From Verrucomicrobiota bacterium (GTDB lineage Bacteria; Verrucomicrobiota; Verrucomicrobiia; Limisphaerales; J093), in assembly GCA_016871715.1 (NCBI GenBank), contig VHCO01000001.1:18591-82590 (forward strand): DNA of 64,000 bases, written 5' to 3'. The translations under genes and the position numbers were made by a program. Below are positions 49,691 to 57,792 of the stretch, one piece after another; position 1 is the stretch's first letter; the number at the start of each line of letters is the position of its first letter. Below the pieces are notes generated by a model, which had not been told where the DNA came from, made no database searches, and saw nothing but the letters and a program-made list of their open reading frames with translations.

Positions 49691-51043
49691 TTAGAGCTGC
49701 CAGCCGGGGCGGTAGCGGTGCTGGATGAGCTCTTGGGCGGCGGGCAGAGCCACCGCATGGAGGCGCGGGGCGTCCCAGACGATTTTCTGGCCGAGGCGAT
49801 AGGCGACGTTGCCCAGGAGCGCGGCCTCGGTCAGGGCGCCGGAGTAGTCGAAGTTGCAGGTGGTGGGTCCGCCGGACTGGATGGCCTCGATCCACTCCTT
49901 GTGGTGGCCGATCGAGTTGGGGATCGAGGGCGCTGGGGGTGCGAAGTCGGCGAACCGAGCCTCGGGGAGCAACTGGCGGCGTGTGTAATCGGCCAGGAGC
50001 GATCCTTTCTCGCCCACGAACAGGACCCCGCTGCCGAAGTACTTGGCCTGTTCTTCATCCAGGAGGGACGGTTTCCGGCCTCCGTGATACCACGTCAACG
50101 TCACGGGCGGCAGCGATTCGCCCGCTCGGGCCAGCGGGCGGGCGGGGTATTGATAGCGCACGATGAGCCAGGGTGGAGTGGATTCCGGATGCACCGGCGG
50201 GCCGTCCACGGGCTCGACGGAGGTGGGGTGGCGCAGGCTCAGTGCCCAGTGCGGTAGGTCCATGAAATGGCAGCCGAAGTCGGCGATCGATCCTCCGCCG
50301 AAGGCCCACCAGTTGCGCCACTTGAAGGGGGCGTACTCGGGATGGTAGGGCCGGTACTCGACCGGGCCCAGCCACAGGTCCCAGTCGAGGCCTGGCGGCA
50401 CGGGCGGCGTGTCTTTGGGACGGTCCATGCCGCCGTAGACGGCGCCCACCCAGACGTGGACTTCGCGGATGGGGCCTAGGATTTGGGATTGGACCAACTC
50501 GACAACGCGCCGGTAGTTGTTGCCGGCATGGATCTGGGTGCCAAGTTGGGTCACGCGCCGGTGCTCGCGGGTGAGGTTGGCGACGACCCGGGATTCCGAG
50601 ACTGTGCGGGTGAGCGGTTTCTCGCAGTAGACATGCCGGCCGGTTCGCAAGGCGGCGGAGGCGGCGACGGCGTGGGTATGGTCGGGCGTCGAGATGACCA
50701 CGGCATCCAGGTCCTTTTGTTCGAGCAGGCGGCGGAAATCGTGATAAGTGCGCGCGCGCGGGTACTGCTGTTTGGCATGGGCGAGGTAGTTCTCGTCCAC
50801 GTCGCACAACGCGGCCACGTTGACGCTCGCCGTTTCTTTGGCCACCTCCGCCAGGTTCGCCGCCGCGCGGTTAGCCACCCCCACGAAGCCGATGTTGAGC
50901 TTGGCGTTGGCTGAACCTTGGGCGAGGGCAAGCCGGGGGATTGCCCAGCCGAGGCCGGCGGCTACCCCGGAGGTTTGGAGGAGGAACTGGCGCCGCGTCA
51001 GGGGCGGGAGGGTCTTCGTCGAGGGAGTCTTCATTGCGCGCAA
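49691..51043 (-). CDS. Gfo/Idh/MocA-family oxidoreductase with twin-arginine signal
   Basis: MRAMKTPSTKTLPPLTRRQFLLQTSGVAAGLG (TAT). GFVGVANRAAAN. STPDHTH, CEKPL. Paralogue of 22254-23615 and 51498-52859. Confidence 0.85.
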   Translation of the reverse strand: MRAMKTPSTKTLPPLTRRQFLLQTSGVAAGLGWAIPRLALAQGSANAKLNIGFVGVANRAAANLAEVAKETASVNVAALCDVDENYLAHAKQQYPRARTYHDFRRLLEQKDLDAVVISTPDHTHAVAASAALRTGRHVYCEKPLTRTVSESRVVANLTREHRRVTQLGTQIHAGNNYRRVVELVQSQILGPIREVHVWVGAVYGGMDRPKDTPPVPPGLDWDLWLGPVEYRPYHPEYAPFKWRNWWAFGGGSIADFGCHFMDLPHWALSLRHPTSVEPVDGPPVHPESTPPWLIVRYQYPARPLARAGESLPPVTLTWYHGGRKPSLLDEEQAKYFGSGVLFVGEKGSLLADYTRRQLLPEARFADFAPPAPSIPNSIGHHKEWIEAIQSGGPTTCNFDYSGALTEAALLGNVAYRLGQKIVWDAPRLHAVALPAAQELIQHRYRPGWQL

Positions 51044-51497
51044 GTCAAGGACCGCGCGCTAGCGGTGTCGAGGAGAAATTGGTGCGGGCGGCCAACTCGC
51101 AGGGGCAATGCACGAAGCGTTCTGGGCTCGCCAAGGTGGTGGGAGAACGATCGGCGTGGGTTGGTCTGGGTATCGGACGATGGGTAAGGCAGGCTCTCCT
51201 GTTTTCCGCCTGTTTTCGATTAATTGCACTGGTTAATAGAAGTTGACACGGTTGGGTTACTTGAGATGGTCGCGAGCCGCCCAGCCGAGCTGAGCGCCCT
51301 TCGCCGGTTGGGATCCCGCGCAGAAACCGGTGGCATTTGCCGGTCGGTGCTTCTAGCATGCCGCCATGCCACAACGCCACGGGTGTCACCGCTCGAGGGC
51401 CGGCCAGCACACTCTGGCGGCTCAGGAGAGGAGACCGTGGCTGAGATCGCTGGGCGATCTCTACCCAGTCAACCGTCAGTCCGAAACCATCCTTGCC

Positions 51498-52859
51498 ATG
51501 ACCAAGTTACCCAAGGACACGAACCGATTGCTCGACAACCATGCCACGCTCAGTCGGCGGCAATTCCTCAAGTCCGCCGCGCTGGCGGCAGGCGCCGGAC
51601 TGACCCTCCTCCCCGGGGGCATGCTCCGCGGCGCCAACGCACCGAGCCATCAACTGACGGTCGCCCTGATTGGCGTCGGGGGTCGTGGCCGCGCGCACTT
51701 TGGGGCGGTGAAGGGGGAGAAGGTGGTGGCGTTATGCGACGTGAACGAGCGTGCGATTACGGAGGCGGCGAAGGTGTTTCCCACGGCCAAACGGTACGTG
51801 GATTGGCGGCGGTGTCTGGATCATCCGGGCTTGGACGCCGTGGTGTGCAGCACGACCGACCACACGCATGCCTTCATCGCCAACTGGTCGATCAACCGCG
51901 GGTTGCATATCTTCCTCGAGAAGCCGCTGGCCAACTCGGTCGAGGAAGCGCGGGTTGTGCGGGCCAATTACTTGAAGCACAAGCATAAGCTCGCCACCCA
52001 AGTGGGCATGCAGCGGCACGCGATCCCGAACTTCGACCGGGTGCGCGAGGCGATTCTCGACGGGGCAGTCGGCACGCTGGAGCATGTGCATGTGTGGGGC
52101 AACCGCACGCATAGCCGGACGGCGTACTTGCCTGCCGAAGGCGACCCGCCTCCGGAACTGCACTGGGATTTGTGGCTTGGTCCTTCGCCGTGGCATCCCT
52201 TCAACCCGGGCTACATTGGCGGGTGCCTGAAGTGGAACATGCACTGGGACTTCGGCAGTTGGCAGGTGGGCGACATGGGCAGTCACACGATGGACCTGGC
52301 GTGGAACGCCATCGACGCCGCGCTGCCCACCTCGGCCGAGGGCCAGGGCGACCCGTTCAACCCCGACGTGGTGCCCAGCGCACTCACGATGACCTTCGAG
52401 CATCCGGCCAACCCATGGCGGCCGCCGATCAAGGTCACGTGGTATCAGGGCTCCCACAAACCGAATTCTCTGGGCGGCGTTCCCACCCAACCGGGCCACG
52501 GAGCACTGTTCGTCGGGGACCGAGCCTCCCTGCTAGCCGATTTCAACCAGCACGAGTTCGTCCCCCGCACGGAAGCCGCGGGCATGGCGCATTACCGGCC
52601 GCGCCCGGCGGCGGAACGGATTGCGCCCATGGGCGGTTTCCAGGAGCAGTGGGTCCAAGCCTGCAAGGGCGACCTCAAGACGGCCTGCGACTTCGACTAC
52701 AGCGGCACGATGATCGAGCAGTTGCTGCTGGGCCTGGTCGCCTACCGCGTGGGCAAGAAGATCCAGTACGACGGCGCGGTTGGGCGCGTCACGAACAGCC
52801 CGGAGGCCAACGCGCTGCTCAAGCGCGAGTACCGGCCGGGCTGGACCCTGAACGGCTAG
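51498..52859 (+). CDS. Gfo/Idh/MocA-family oxidoreductase with twin-arginine signal
   Basis: ORF 51366..52859 trimmed to ATG 51498 (MTKLPKDTNRLLDNHATLSRRQFLKSAALAAGAGL). GVGGRGRAH, TTDHTH, EKPL. Confidence 0.85.
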   Translation: MTKLPKDTNRLLDNHATLSRRQFLKSAALAAGAGLTLLPGGMLRGANAPSHQLTVALIGVGGRGRAHFGAVKGEKVVALCDVNERAITEAAKVFPTAKRYVDWRRCLDHPGLDAVVCSTTDHTHAFIANWSINRGLHIFLEKPLANSVEEARVVRANYLKHKHKLATQVGMQRHAIPNFDRVREAILDGAVGTLEHVHVWGNRTHSRTAYLPAEGDPPPELHWDLWLGPSPWHPFNPGYIGGCLKWNMHWDFGSWQVGDMGSHTMDLAWNAIDAALPTSAEGQGDPFNPDVVPSALTMTFEHPANPWRPPIKVTWYQGSHKPNSLGGVPTQPGHGALFVGDRASLLADFNQHEFVPRTEAAGMAHYRPRPAAERIAPMGGFQEQWVQACKGDLKTACDFDYSGTMIEQLLLGLVAYRVGKKIQYDGAVGRVTNSPEANALLKREYRPGWTLNG

Positions 52860-53057
52860 GGTGCGCCGCCCGCTTCAGCCCCCTGCGGTTGTGCGGGGAG
52901 CGGTTGCGCGGTCAGCGGACCGGCGGTTCACCGATCGGCAGCGCCCAACCGGCTCTTGTGGAAGGCATCGGGGTGGGTTATATAGGCGCCGACAGCCGGG
53001 ACGAATGCCGCGAGGCATCGCACCGGCAACCAAAAAGAAAACCAAGAGCTCAGGCAT

Positions 53058-53963
53058 ATGAAGGGCATTCAACGACGCAGCTTCCTCAAGACAGTAGCCG
53101 GTGGCACAGCCTGTCTGTATGGGGTTCTCCGCTCCCAGGGACAACCGAGTCCACCCGCCTGCCCGCAGGGGCCGCTCGGCAAGACCGGCATCACCCTCTC
53201 CCGCATGGGCCAAGGCACGGGCATGCGCGGCGGTAACCGCCAGTCCAACCATACCCGCATGGGTTTCGAGCAACTCGTGAAGCTGTTCCGGTACGGTTAC
53301 GACCACGGTGTCACCTTCTTCGACCTAGCGGATCTCTACGGTTCGCATGTGTACTTCCGTGAAGCCCTCCGTGCCATCCCGCGCGAGAAAGTCGCCATCC
53401 TCACCAAGCTCTGGTTCCGCTACGACGGCAACCCAGCCGATCTGCCGGCGGACTTCAAGCGCCGCTCGACCGACCAAGCGGTCCAGCGGTTCCGACACGA
53501 GATTTCGACCGACTACCTGGACATTGTGCTCCTGCACTGTCTGATGACACCGCGGTGGGAGGAGGAGATGGGACCTTACATGGAGGCTCTCGCCCAAGCC
53601 AAAGAGAAGAAACAGATCCGCGCCGTGGGGGTCTCTTGCCATGACCTCGGCGCGCTCAAGACCGCCGCCAAGTGCCCCTGGGTAGACGTCATCCTCGCCC
53701 GCATCAATCCCAAGGGCGCCAAGATGGACGGCCCCGTGGCTGAGGTAGTGCCCGTGCTCCAGGAAGCCAAGGCCAACGGCAAAGCCATCATCGGGATGAA
53801 GATCTACGGCGAAGGCACCCTGGTGAACATGAAGGAAGAGTGCATGCGCTACGCCCAGAATCTCGGTCTGCTGGACACCATGACCATCGGCGCCGAGAGC
53901 CAGGAGCAGGTGCGCGAGAACTTGGATCTGATGGCCCGGTTCCCCGCGACCACCACCTCCTAG
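53058..53963 (+). CDS. aldo/keto reductase with TAT-like signal
   Basis: MKGIQRRSFLKTVAGG. GITLSRMGQGTG. FFDLADLYGS. LTKLW. VLLHC. Confidence 0.8.
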   Translation: MKGIQRRSFLKTVAGGTACLYGVLRSQGQPSPPACPQGPLGKTGITLSRMGQGTGMRGGNRQSNHTRMGFEQLVKLFRYGYDHGVTFFDLADLYGSHVYFREALRAIPREKVAILTKLWFRYDGNPADLPADFKRRSTDQAVQRFRHEISTDYLDIVLLHCLMTPRWEEEMGPYMEALAQAKEKKQIRAVGVSCHDLGALKTAAKCPWVDVILARINPKGAKMDGPVAEVVPVLQEAKANGKAIIGMKIYGEGTLVNMKEECMRYAQNLGLLDTMTIGAESQEQVRENLDLMARFPATTTS

Positions 53964-54168
53964 CGCCTGTCTCACCAGCCCACACCTCCACTTGCCCCCA
54001 GGACCGCTCCCCGCGCAATCCCGCGCGCCATGACGGGCCCAAGCGGCACTCGCGCCCCAGCATGCGCCCTTGTCTTGGTGCCTGGCCGTTCCCGCGCGTG
54101 GCGGTCCGCTCCAGCATCCGGACGAGTCAGCCCTCGACGAAACCGGCCCGAGCCGCTAAAAGCGCGGC

Positions 54169-54747
54169 GTGCACCGCCGCCTTTGGCTGATTGTAGTGGC
54201 GCTGGTCCTGGCCTTGGTGCCGGGCCTCTTTTGGCTGTTCGAGCGGCGGCTCGAGCACAGCCAGGACCCGGTCATTCTCGAGGCCGCGCGGCGGTACCAG
54301 GTCGAGCCGGCGCTGATCAAGGCGGTGATCTGGAAAGAGAGCCATTTCGATCCGCGGGCCGAGGGCCGCTCGGGCGAGATTGGCCTGATGCAGTTGATGG
54401 ATCCGGCCAGCCAGGAGTGGGCTTCGGCAGCCGGCGTTTATCCTTTGCCGGCCGCGCACTTGTACCATCCGCTCACCAATGCCCTGGCCGGGACCTGGTA
54501 CCTGAAGAAGCTCCTCGAACGCTACCGGCGCACGGACGATCCCACCCCGTTCGCCTTAGCCGACTACAACGCCGGGCGCGCGAACGTCCTGCGCTGGGCC
54601 AAAGGCGCCGCCGCCACTAACAGCGCAATCTTCATCCAACACATCGGGTTTCCGGGTACGCAACGATACGTCCGCGCGGTGCTGCAACAACGCGAGCGTT
54701 ACCGCGGCCAGTTCGGCCCAAAAGACCTCGCCGGCGCCCACCCATAA
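54169..54747 (+). CDS. lytic transglycosylase (SLT domain), membrane-anchored
   Basis: GTG start. TM anchor LWLIVVALVLALVPGLFWL. LIKAVIWKESHFDPRAEGRSGEIGLMQLM (catalytic Glu in ES). ADYNAG. Confidence 0.85.
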   Translation: MHRRLWLIVVALVLALVPGLFWLFERRLEHSQDPVILEAARRYQVEPALIKAVIWKESHFDPRAEGRSGEIGLMQLMDPASQEWASAAGVYPLPAAHLYHPLTNALAGTWYLKKLLERYRRTDDPTPFALADYNAGRANVLRWAKGAAATNSAIFIQHIGFPGTQRYVRAVLQQRERYRGQFGPKDLAGAHP

Positions 54748-54895
54748 GGCCGCGCCCGCGTTGTCCTCAGCGGGCTCTTGTGGTTTGGCCCGCAGTCATC
54801 GCGGCGCGGGTCGCCCAGAGGGTGCCGCGGGGACAGCCCTCAGACGATCGAGTGCGGTCAGCTCCGTTCCACGCGCGCCGCTCCTCGTGGCGCGC

Positions 54896-55585
54896 TCACT
54901 CGAGGGCGCGCAGACGGGCATGGCGAATCTCCACATGCGAACCGTCGCGGCTCAGTTCCTGGAAGCCGATATGGCCACGCCGGGGCCGGTCCTTCAGCGG
55001 GGGCGCATTGGTGCCGTCATGGCGTTTGACCGCGGTCGTCTGCTCCGCGAGGTTCACCTCCAAGATGGCTTGGCCGTTGAGTTGTACCTGGACGCGGGAA
55101 CCGTGGCAGGTGATGAAGTACCGGTTCCACTCGGTGGGCCGGTACACTTGCTCTTCGGGCGCCACGGCCCGGTACAAACCGCCGGTGAGTTCCGAGGCTT
55201 GCGCAGCGGTGTTGTAGCGGAAGTCGGCCATCTGAAGCTCGAGGCCGTCGAAGGCTGGGTCGCCCGAGAGCGGGGCGCGCAAGGCGCACCCGCTGTTGCC
55301 GCGCTCGCCAAGCCGGAACTCGAACTCGAGCTCGAAGTCGCCGTAGGTCTGCTCGCTCATAAGCCAACTGCCGCGTGGCTCGCCTCCCGTGAGCACCCCT
55401 CGCTCCACACGCCACACTGGGTTCCCTTGCGCCGGTTGGCTCACATCGTTCCAGGCGCGCACGACCCAGCCCCGTGGAACGCCATCTTCGGGAAACAGAG
55501 TTTGCCAAGGGCCGGGCTCGGCCGACTGGAGCAGCAACCCACCCCAGAGAGAGGTTAGCCAAGCGAGGCTGACTTGCGGTCGCAT
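54896..55585 (-). CDS. DUF1080 (3-keto-disaccharide hydrolase-like) secreted protein
   Basis: ORF 54896..56266 trimmed to ATG 55585, because the longer form overlaps the next gene in another frame. MRPQVSLAWLTSLWGGLLLQSA signal. W.V..GVLTG, YGDFELEFEFRL..GNSG, GHIGFQ. Confidence 0.8.
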   Translation of the reverse strand: MRPQVSLAWLTSLWGGLLLQSAEPGPWQTLFPEDGVPRGWVVRAWNDVSQPAQGNPVWRVERGVLTGGEPRGSWLMSEQTYGDFELEFEFRLGERGNSGCALRAPLSGDPAFDGLELQMADFRYNTAAQASELTGGLYRAVAPEEQVYRPTEWNRYFITCHGSRVQVQLNGQAILEVNLAEQTTAVKRHDGTNAPPLKDRPRRGHIGFQELSRDGSHVEIRHARLRALE

Positions 55586-55619
55586 CGTGAGCGAGCCTGT
55601 CGGGGCGAGTCCCGCGGTG

Positions 55620-56858
55620 CTACTTGGCCGCCACGTCCAGACAGACCAGATCTTCCTGGCTGCGGCAATAGAGCTTGCCATTGGCCAGCACCGGCACCGC
55701 CCAGGTGTCTTTGCCGCCCAGGACCTGCAGGCCCGAGATCTCCTTGCAAGCCGCCGGCGAGGGCTCGACCACCGCCACGCGGCCCTTGTCGCTGTAGACA
55801 ATGAAGTGGTCGCCGGCCAAAAACAGGCTGCCCTTGCCATAGGCGCGCTCGGACCATTTCTCTTCGCCGGTGGCGAAGTCCAGGCACTTGAGTTGGTTCT
55901 CGTCGAACCCGTAGAGGTGGCCTTGGTAAAGGACGCAGGTGGCGACGTGGTTGCGCATCCGCTTGTGTTCCCAGGCCACTTTGGGGCCGTCCTCGGCCAA
56001 CTCGAGCAAGGCGCAGCCCTTGCCGTAGCCGGAGGAGACGAACACCTTGTTGCCCGCCACGATCGGGGTGGCAGCGTTGACGTCGTAACTGGTCTTCCAC
56101 GGATAGCGCCAGAGCTCGCGTCCGTCTGTGGCGCTGCGGCCGATGATGGCCGGGGCGCTGAAGACCGCCAGGCAACGTTGGCCGGTGTGGTTGAAGGGCA
56201 CGATCGACGAGTAAGCCGGTGCGTCATCGCCCGCCTTCCACACTTCACGCCCCGTCTTCTTGTCAAAAGCCACCACCGACGAACCGTTGCCGCCGACCTC
56301 CGTGATCAGCCAATCCCCTTCGATGAGCGGCGAGCCGGCGTAACCCCAGCGCGGTTCTTTGGCGCCGTAATCTTTGCTGAATTCCTTGGCCCAGATTACC
56401 TTGCCCGAGTTGGCGTCCAGGCAAAACAAGTGACCGTGCCGACTCAGGGTGTACACCCGGTCGCCGTCCACCGTCGGTGTGCAACGCGGGCCGTGGTAGC
56501 CGTTCGGGTCCTTCGCCGAGCACGCGTAGGTGTGCTGCCAGAGCACTCGGCCCGTCGCTGCGTCCAGGCAAGACACCGAGTCAACGTCGGCCGTGTTGCC
56601 CAAGGTGTAGAGCTTGCCGTTGGCCACGGACATCGAGGAGTAGCCAATGCCAACCTTCGCCTTCCAGAGCTGCTTGGGCCCGTCGGCGGGCCAGTTCACC
56701 AGCCAGCCTTTCTCGGCCGAGATACTATTCAAGTTCGGGCCGTGCCACCTGGGCCAATCGAGGGCGGAAACCGCCGTCAGGACGCTCAGCCCGACAGTTG
56801 CCGTCATCAGGGACGCCCAAGGCCGCCGCGTGGTTCGTAGGAGTCGACGAGGATTCAT
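55620..56858 (-). CDS. PQQ-like beta-propeller repeat protein (BamB/PQQ-enzyme-repeat family), secreted
   Basis: DWPRWHGPNLNSIS...W..KVG.GYSS..VANGKLYT.G...V.CLDA.TG..LW. This pattern repeats about 7 times. 412 aa. Confidence 0.85.
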   Translation of the reverse strand: MNPRRLLRTTRRPWASLMTATVGLSVLTAVSALDWPRWHGPNLNSISAEKGWLVNWPADGPKQLWKAKVGIGYSSMSVANGKLYTLGNTADVDSVSCLDAATGRVLWQHTYACSAKDPNGYHGPRCTPTVDGDRVYTLSRHGHLFCLDANSGKVIWAKEFSKDYGAKEPRWGYAGSPLIEGDWLITEVGGNGSSVVAFDKKTGREVWKAGDDAPAYSSIVPFNHTGQRCLAVFSAPAIIGRSATDGRELWRYPWKTSYDVNAATPIVAGNKVFVSSGYGKGCALLELAEDGPKVAWEHKRMRNHVATCVLYQGHLYGFDENQLKCLDFATGEEKWSERAYGKGSLFLAGDHFIVYSDKGRVAVVEPSPAACKEISGLQVLGGKDTWAVPVLANGKLYCRSQEDLVCLDVAAK

Positions 56859-57237
56859 GACAGGAGGATAAAGTACGCTGGATTCTGATGTCGGATTTGA
56901 GTCAACACGGGCGGAGGGTTACCGCATGCGGCTGTATCTGTCAAACCCAAGCGGCCAGGTGCGGCGGTCCTGAACGACCCGCTTCGTCGCGGCGCGCACC
57001 CTGGGAAAGGTTGGCGCCCAGGTGGTTGGCGTGCATGAGGGCCATGGGGCCATGAGCCTCAGATGGCGCGACCGCTGGGCTTGCCGAACCAGACAGGTCA
57101 CCGGGCCCGGAGCGGCCGGCCCGGCCGTCCGGCCCTACCTTACCTGGCGGCTCATGGAGGGAGAGGGGAGAGAGGTGGCGTGTAACCGGATGAAGGTCAG
57201 GTGCCAACCCGGCTGGGTTCAGCCAGGTCGTTTGACG

Positions 57238-57490
57238 GATCAGAGTCTATTTCCATGGTAAATAGAAGTTGACAACTTTCGGCTTGTGTCGATTTAAATC
57301 TCCCGGTTGATAGAGATTGACAGAGCCTTGGGCAGCGCTAGCCGCCTCGACCAGATGGCTCGGGATCTGAATCTATTTCCATGGTAAATAGAAGTTGACA
57401 ACTTTCGGGTTGGGTCGATTTAAATCTCCGGGTTGATAGAGGTTGACAGAGCCTTGGGCAGCGCTAGCCGCCTCGACCAGATGGCTCGGG
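57238..57490 (+). repeat. tandem duplication, 2 x 126 bp, each unit carrying a palindrome plus promoter-like hexamers
   Basis: Unit 1 core is 57246-57364 and unit 2 core is 57372-57490, differing at only a few positions. Each unit contains TCTATTT-N7-AAATAGA (57246-66 / 57372-92). Each also has TTGACA (57269-74 / 57395-400) followed after 18 nt by TTTAAA, which sits inside the perfect palindrome GATTTAAATC (57291-300 / 57417-26). A second TTGATAGAGRTTGACA follows. Confidence 0.9.
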
Positions 57491-57510
57491 CGAACGGCCT
57501 CGGGGCAAAC

Positions 57511-57540
57511 GGGTTGGGATTGGGGATTGGGGGTTGGGGG
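57511..57540 (+). other. G-run tract with G-quadruplex potential
   Basis: GGGTTGGGATTGGGGATTGGGGGTTGGGGG: five G-runs of at least 3 with 2-3-nt loops, on the sense strand of the downstream operon. Confidence 0.6.
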
Positions 57541-57561
57541 CGCGTGCGAGCCCGACTGGAG

Positions 57562-57591
57562 GCGTGCTGACGACAAGCGTGCTGACGACAA
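57562..57591 (+). repeat. perfect 15-bp tandem repeat x2
   Basis: GCGTGCTGACGACAA GCGTGCTGACGACAA. Confidence 0.9.
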
Positions 57592-57792
57592 GCTTGCGAA
57601 AGGCAAGACCTCCATGCATGAATAGCGCCGTACAGTGAACGGCAAGTGAAGACTCGACGGCGCTGCTCCTTCCCGCAGGTTTCTGGGGCCGGTGCGTCCA
57701 GCTCCGCCTCGGTCGCGAACCGGTGTGGACGTGAAGTCGCCCGTGCCCATGCCCTGGGCCAGGTTTCGCAGGCGCTGTTGGGTTGTGGGCGG

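Noticed and set aside
54896-56266. 456-aa ORF in the track spanning the DUF1080 gene and part of the propeller gene.
   Set aside because: The N-terminal 227 aa are Ser/Thr/Arg/Pro-rich mirror-frame sequence overlapping the real PQQ-like propeller gene (55620-56858). The DUF1080 homology and a signal peptide begin at the internal ATG 55585.
57238-57490. Tandem repeats as a possible CRISPR array.
   Set aside because: There are only two units, directly abutting with no unique spacers. The unit length is 126 bp and no cas genes are nearby, so this is a tandem duplication.
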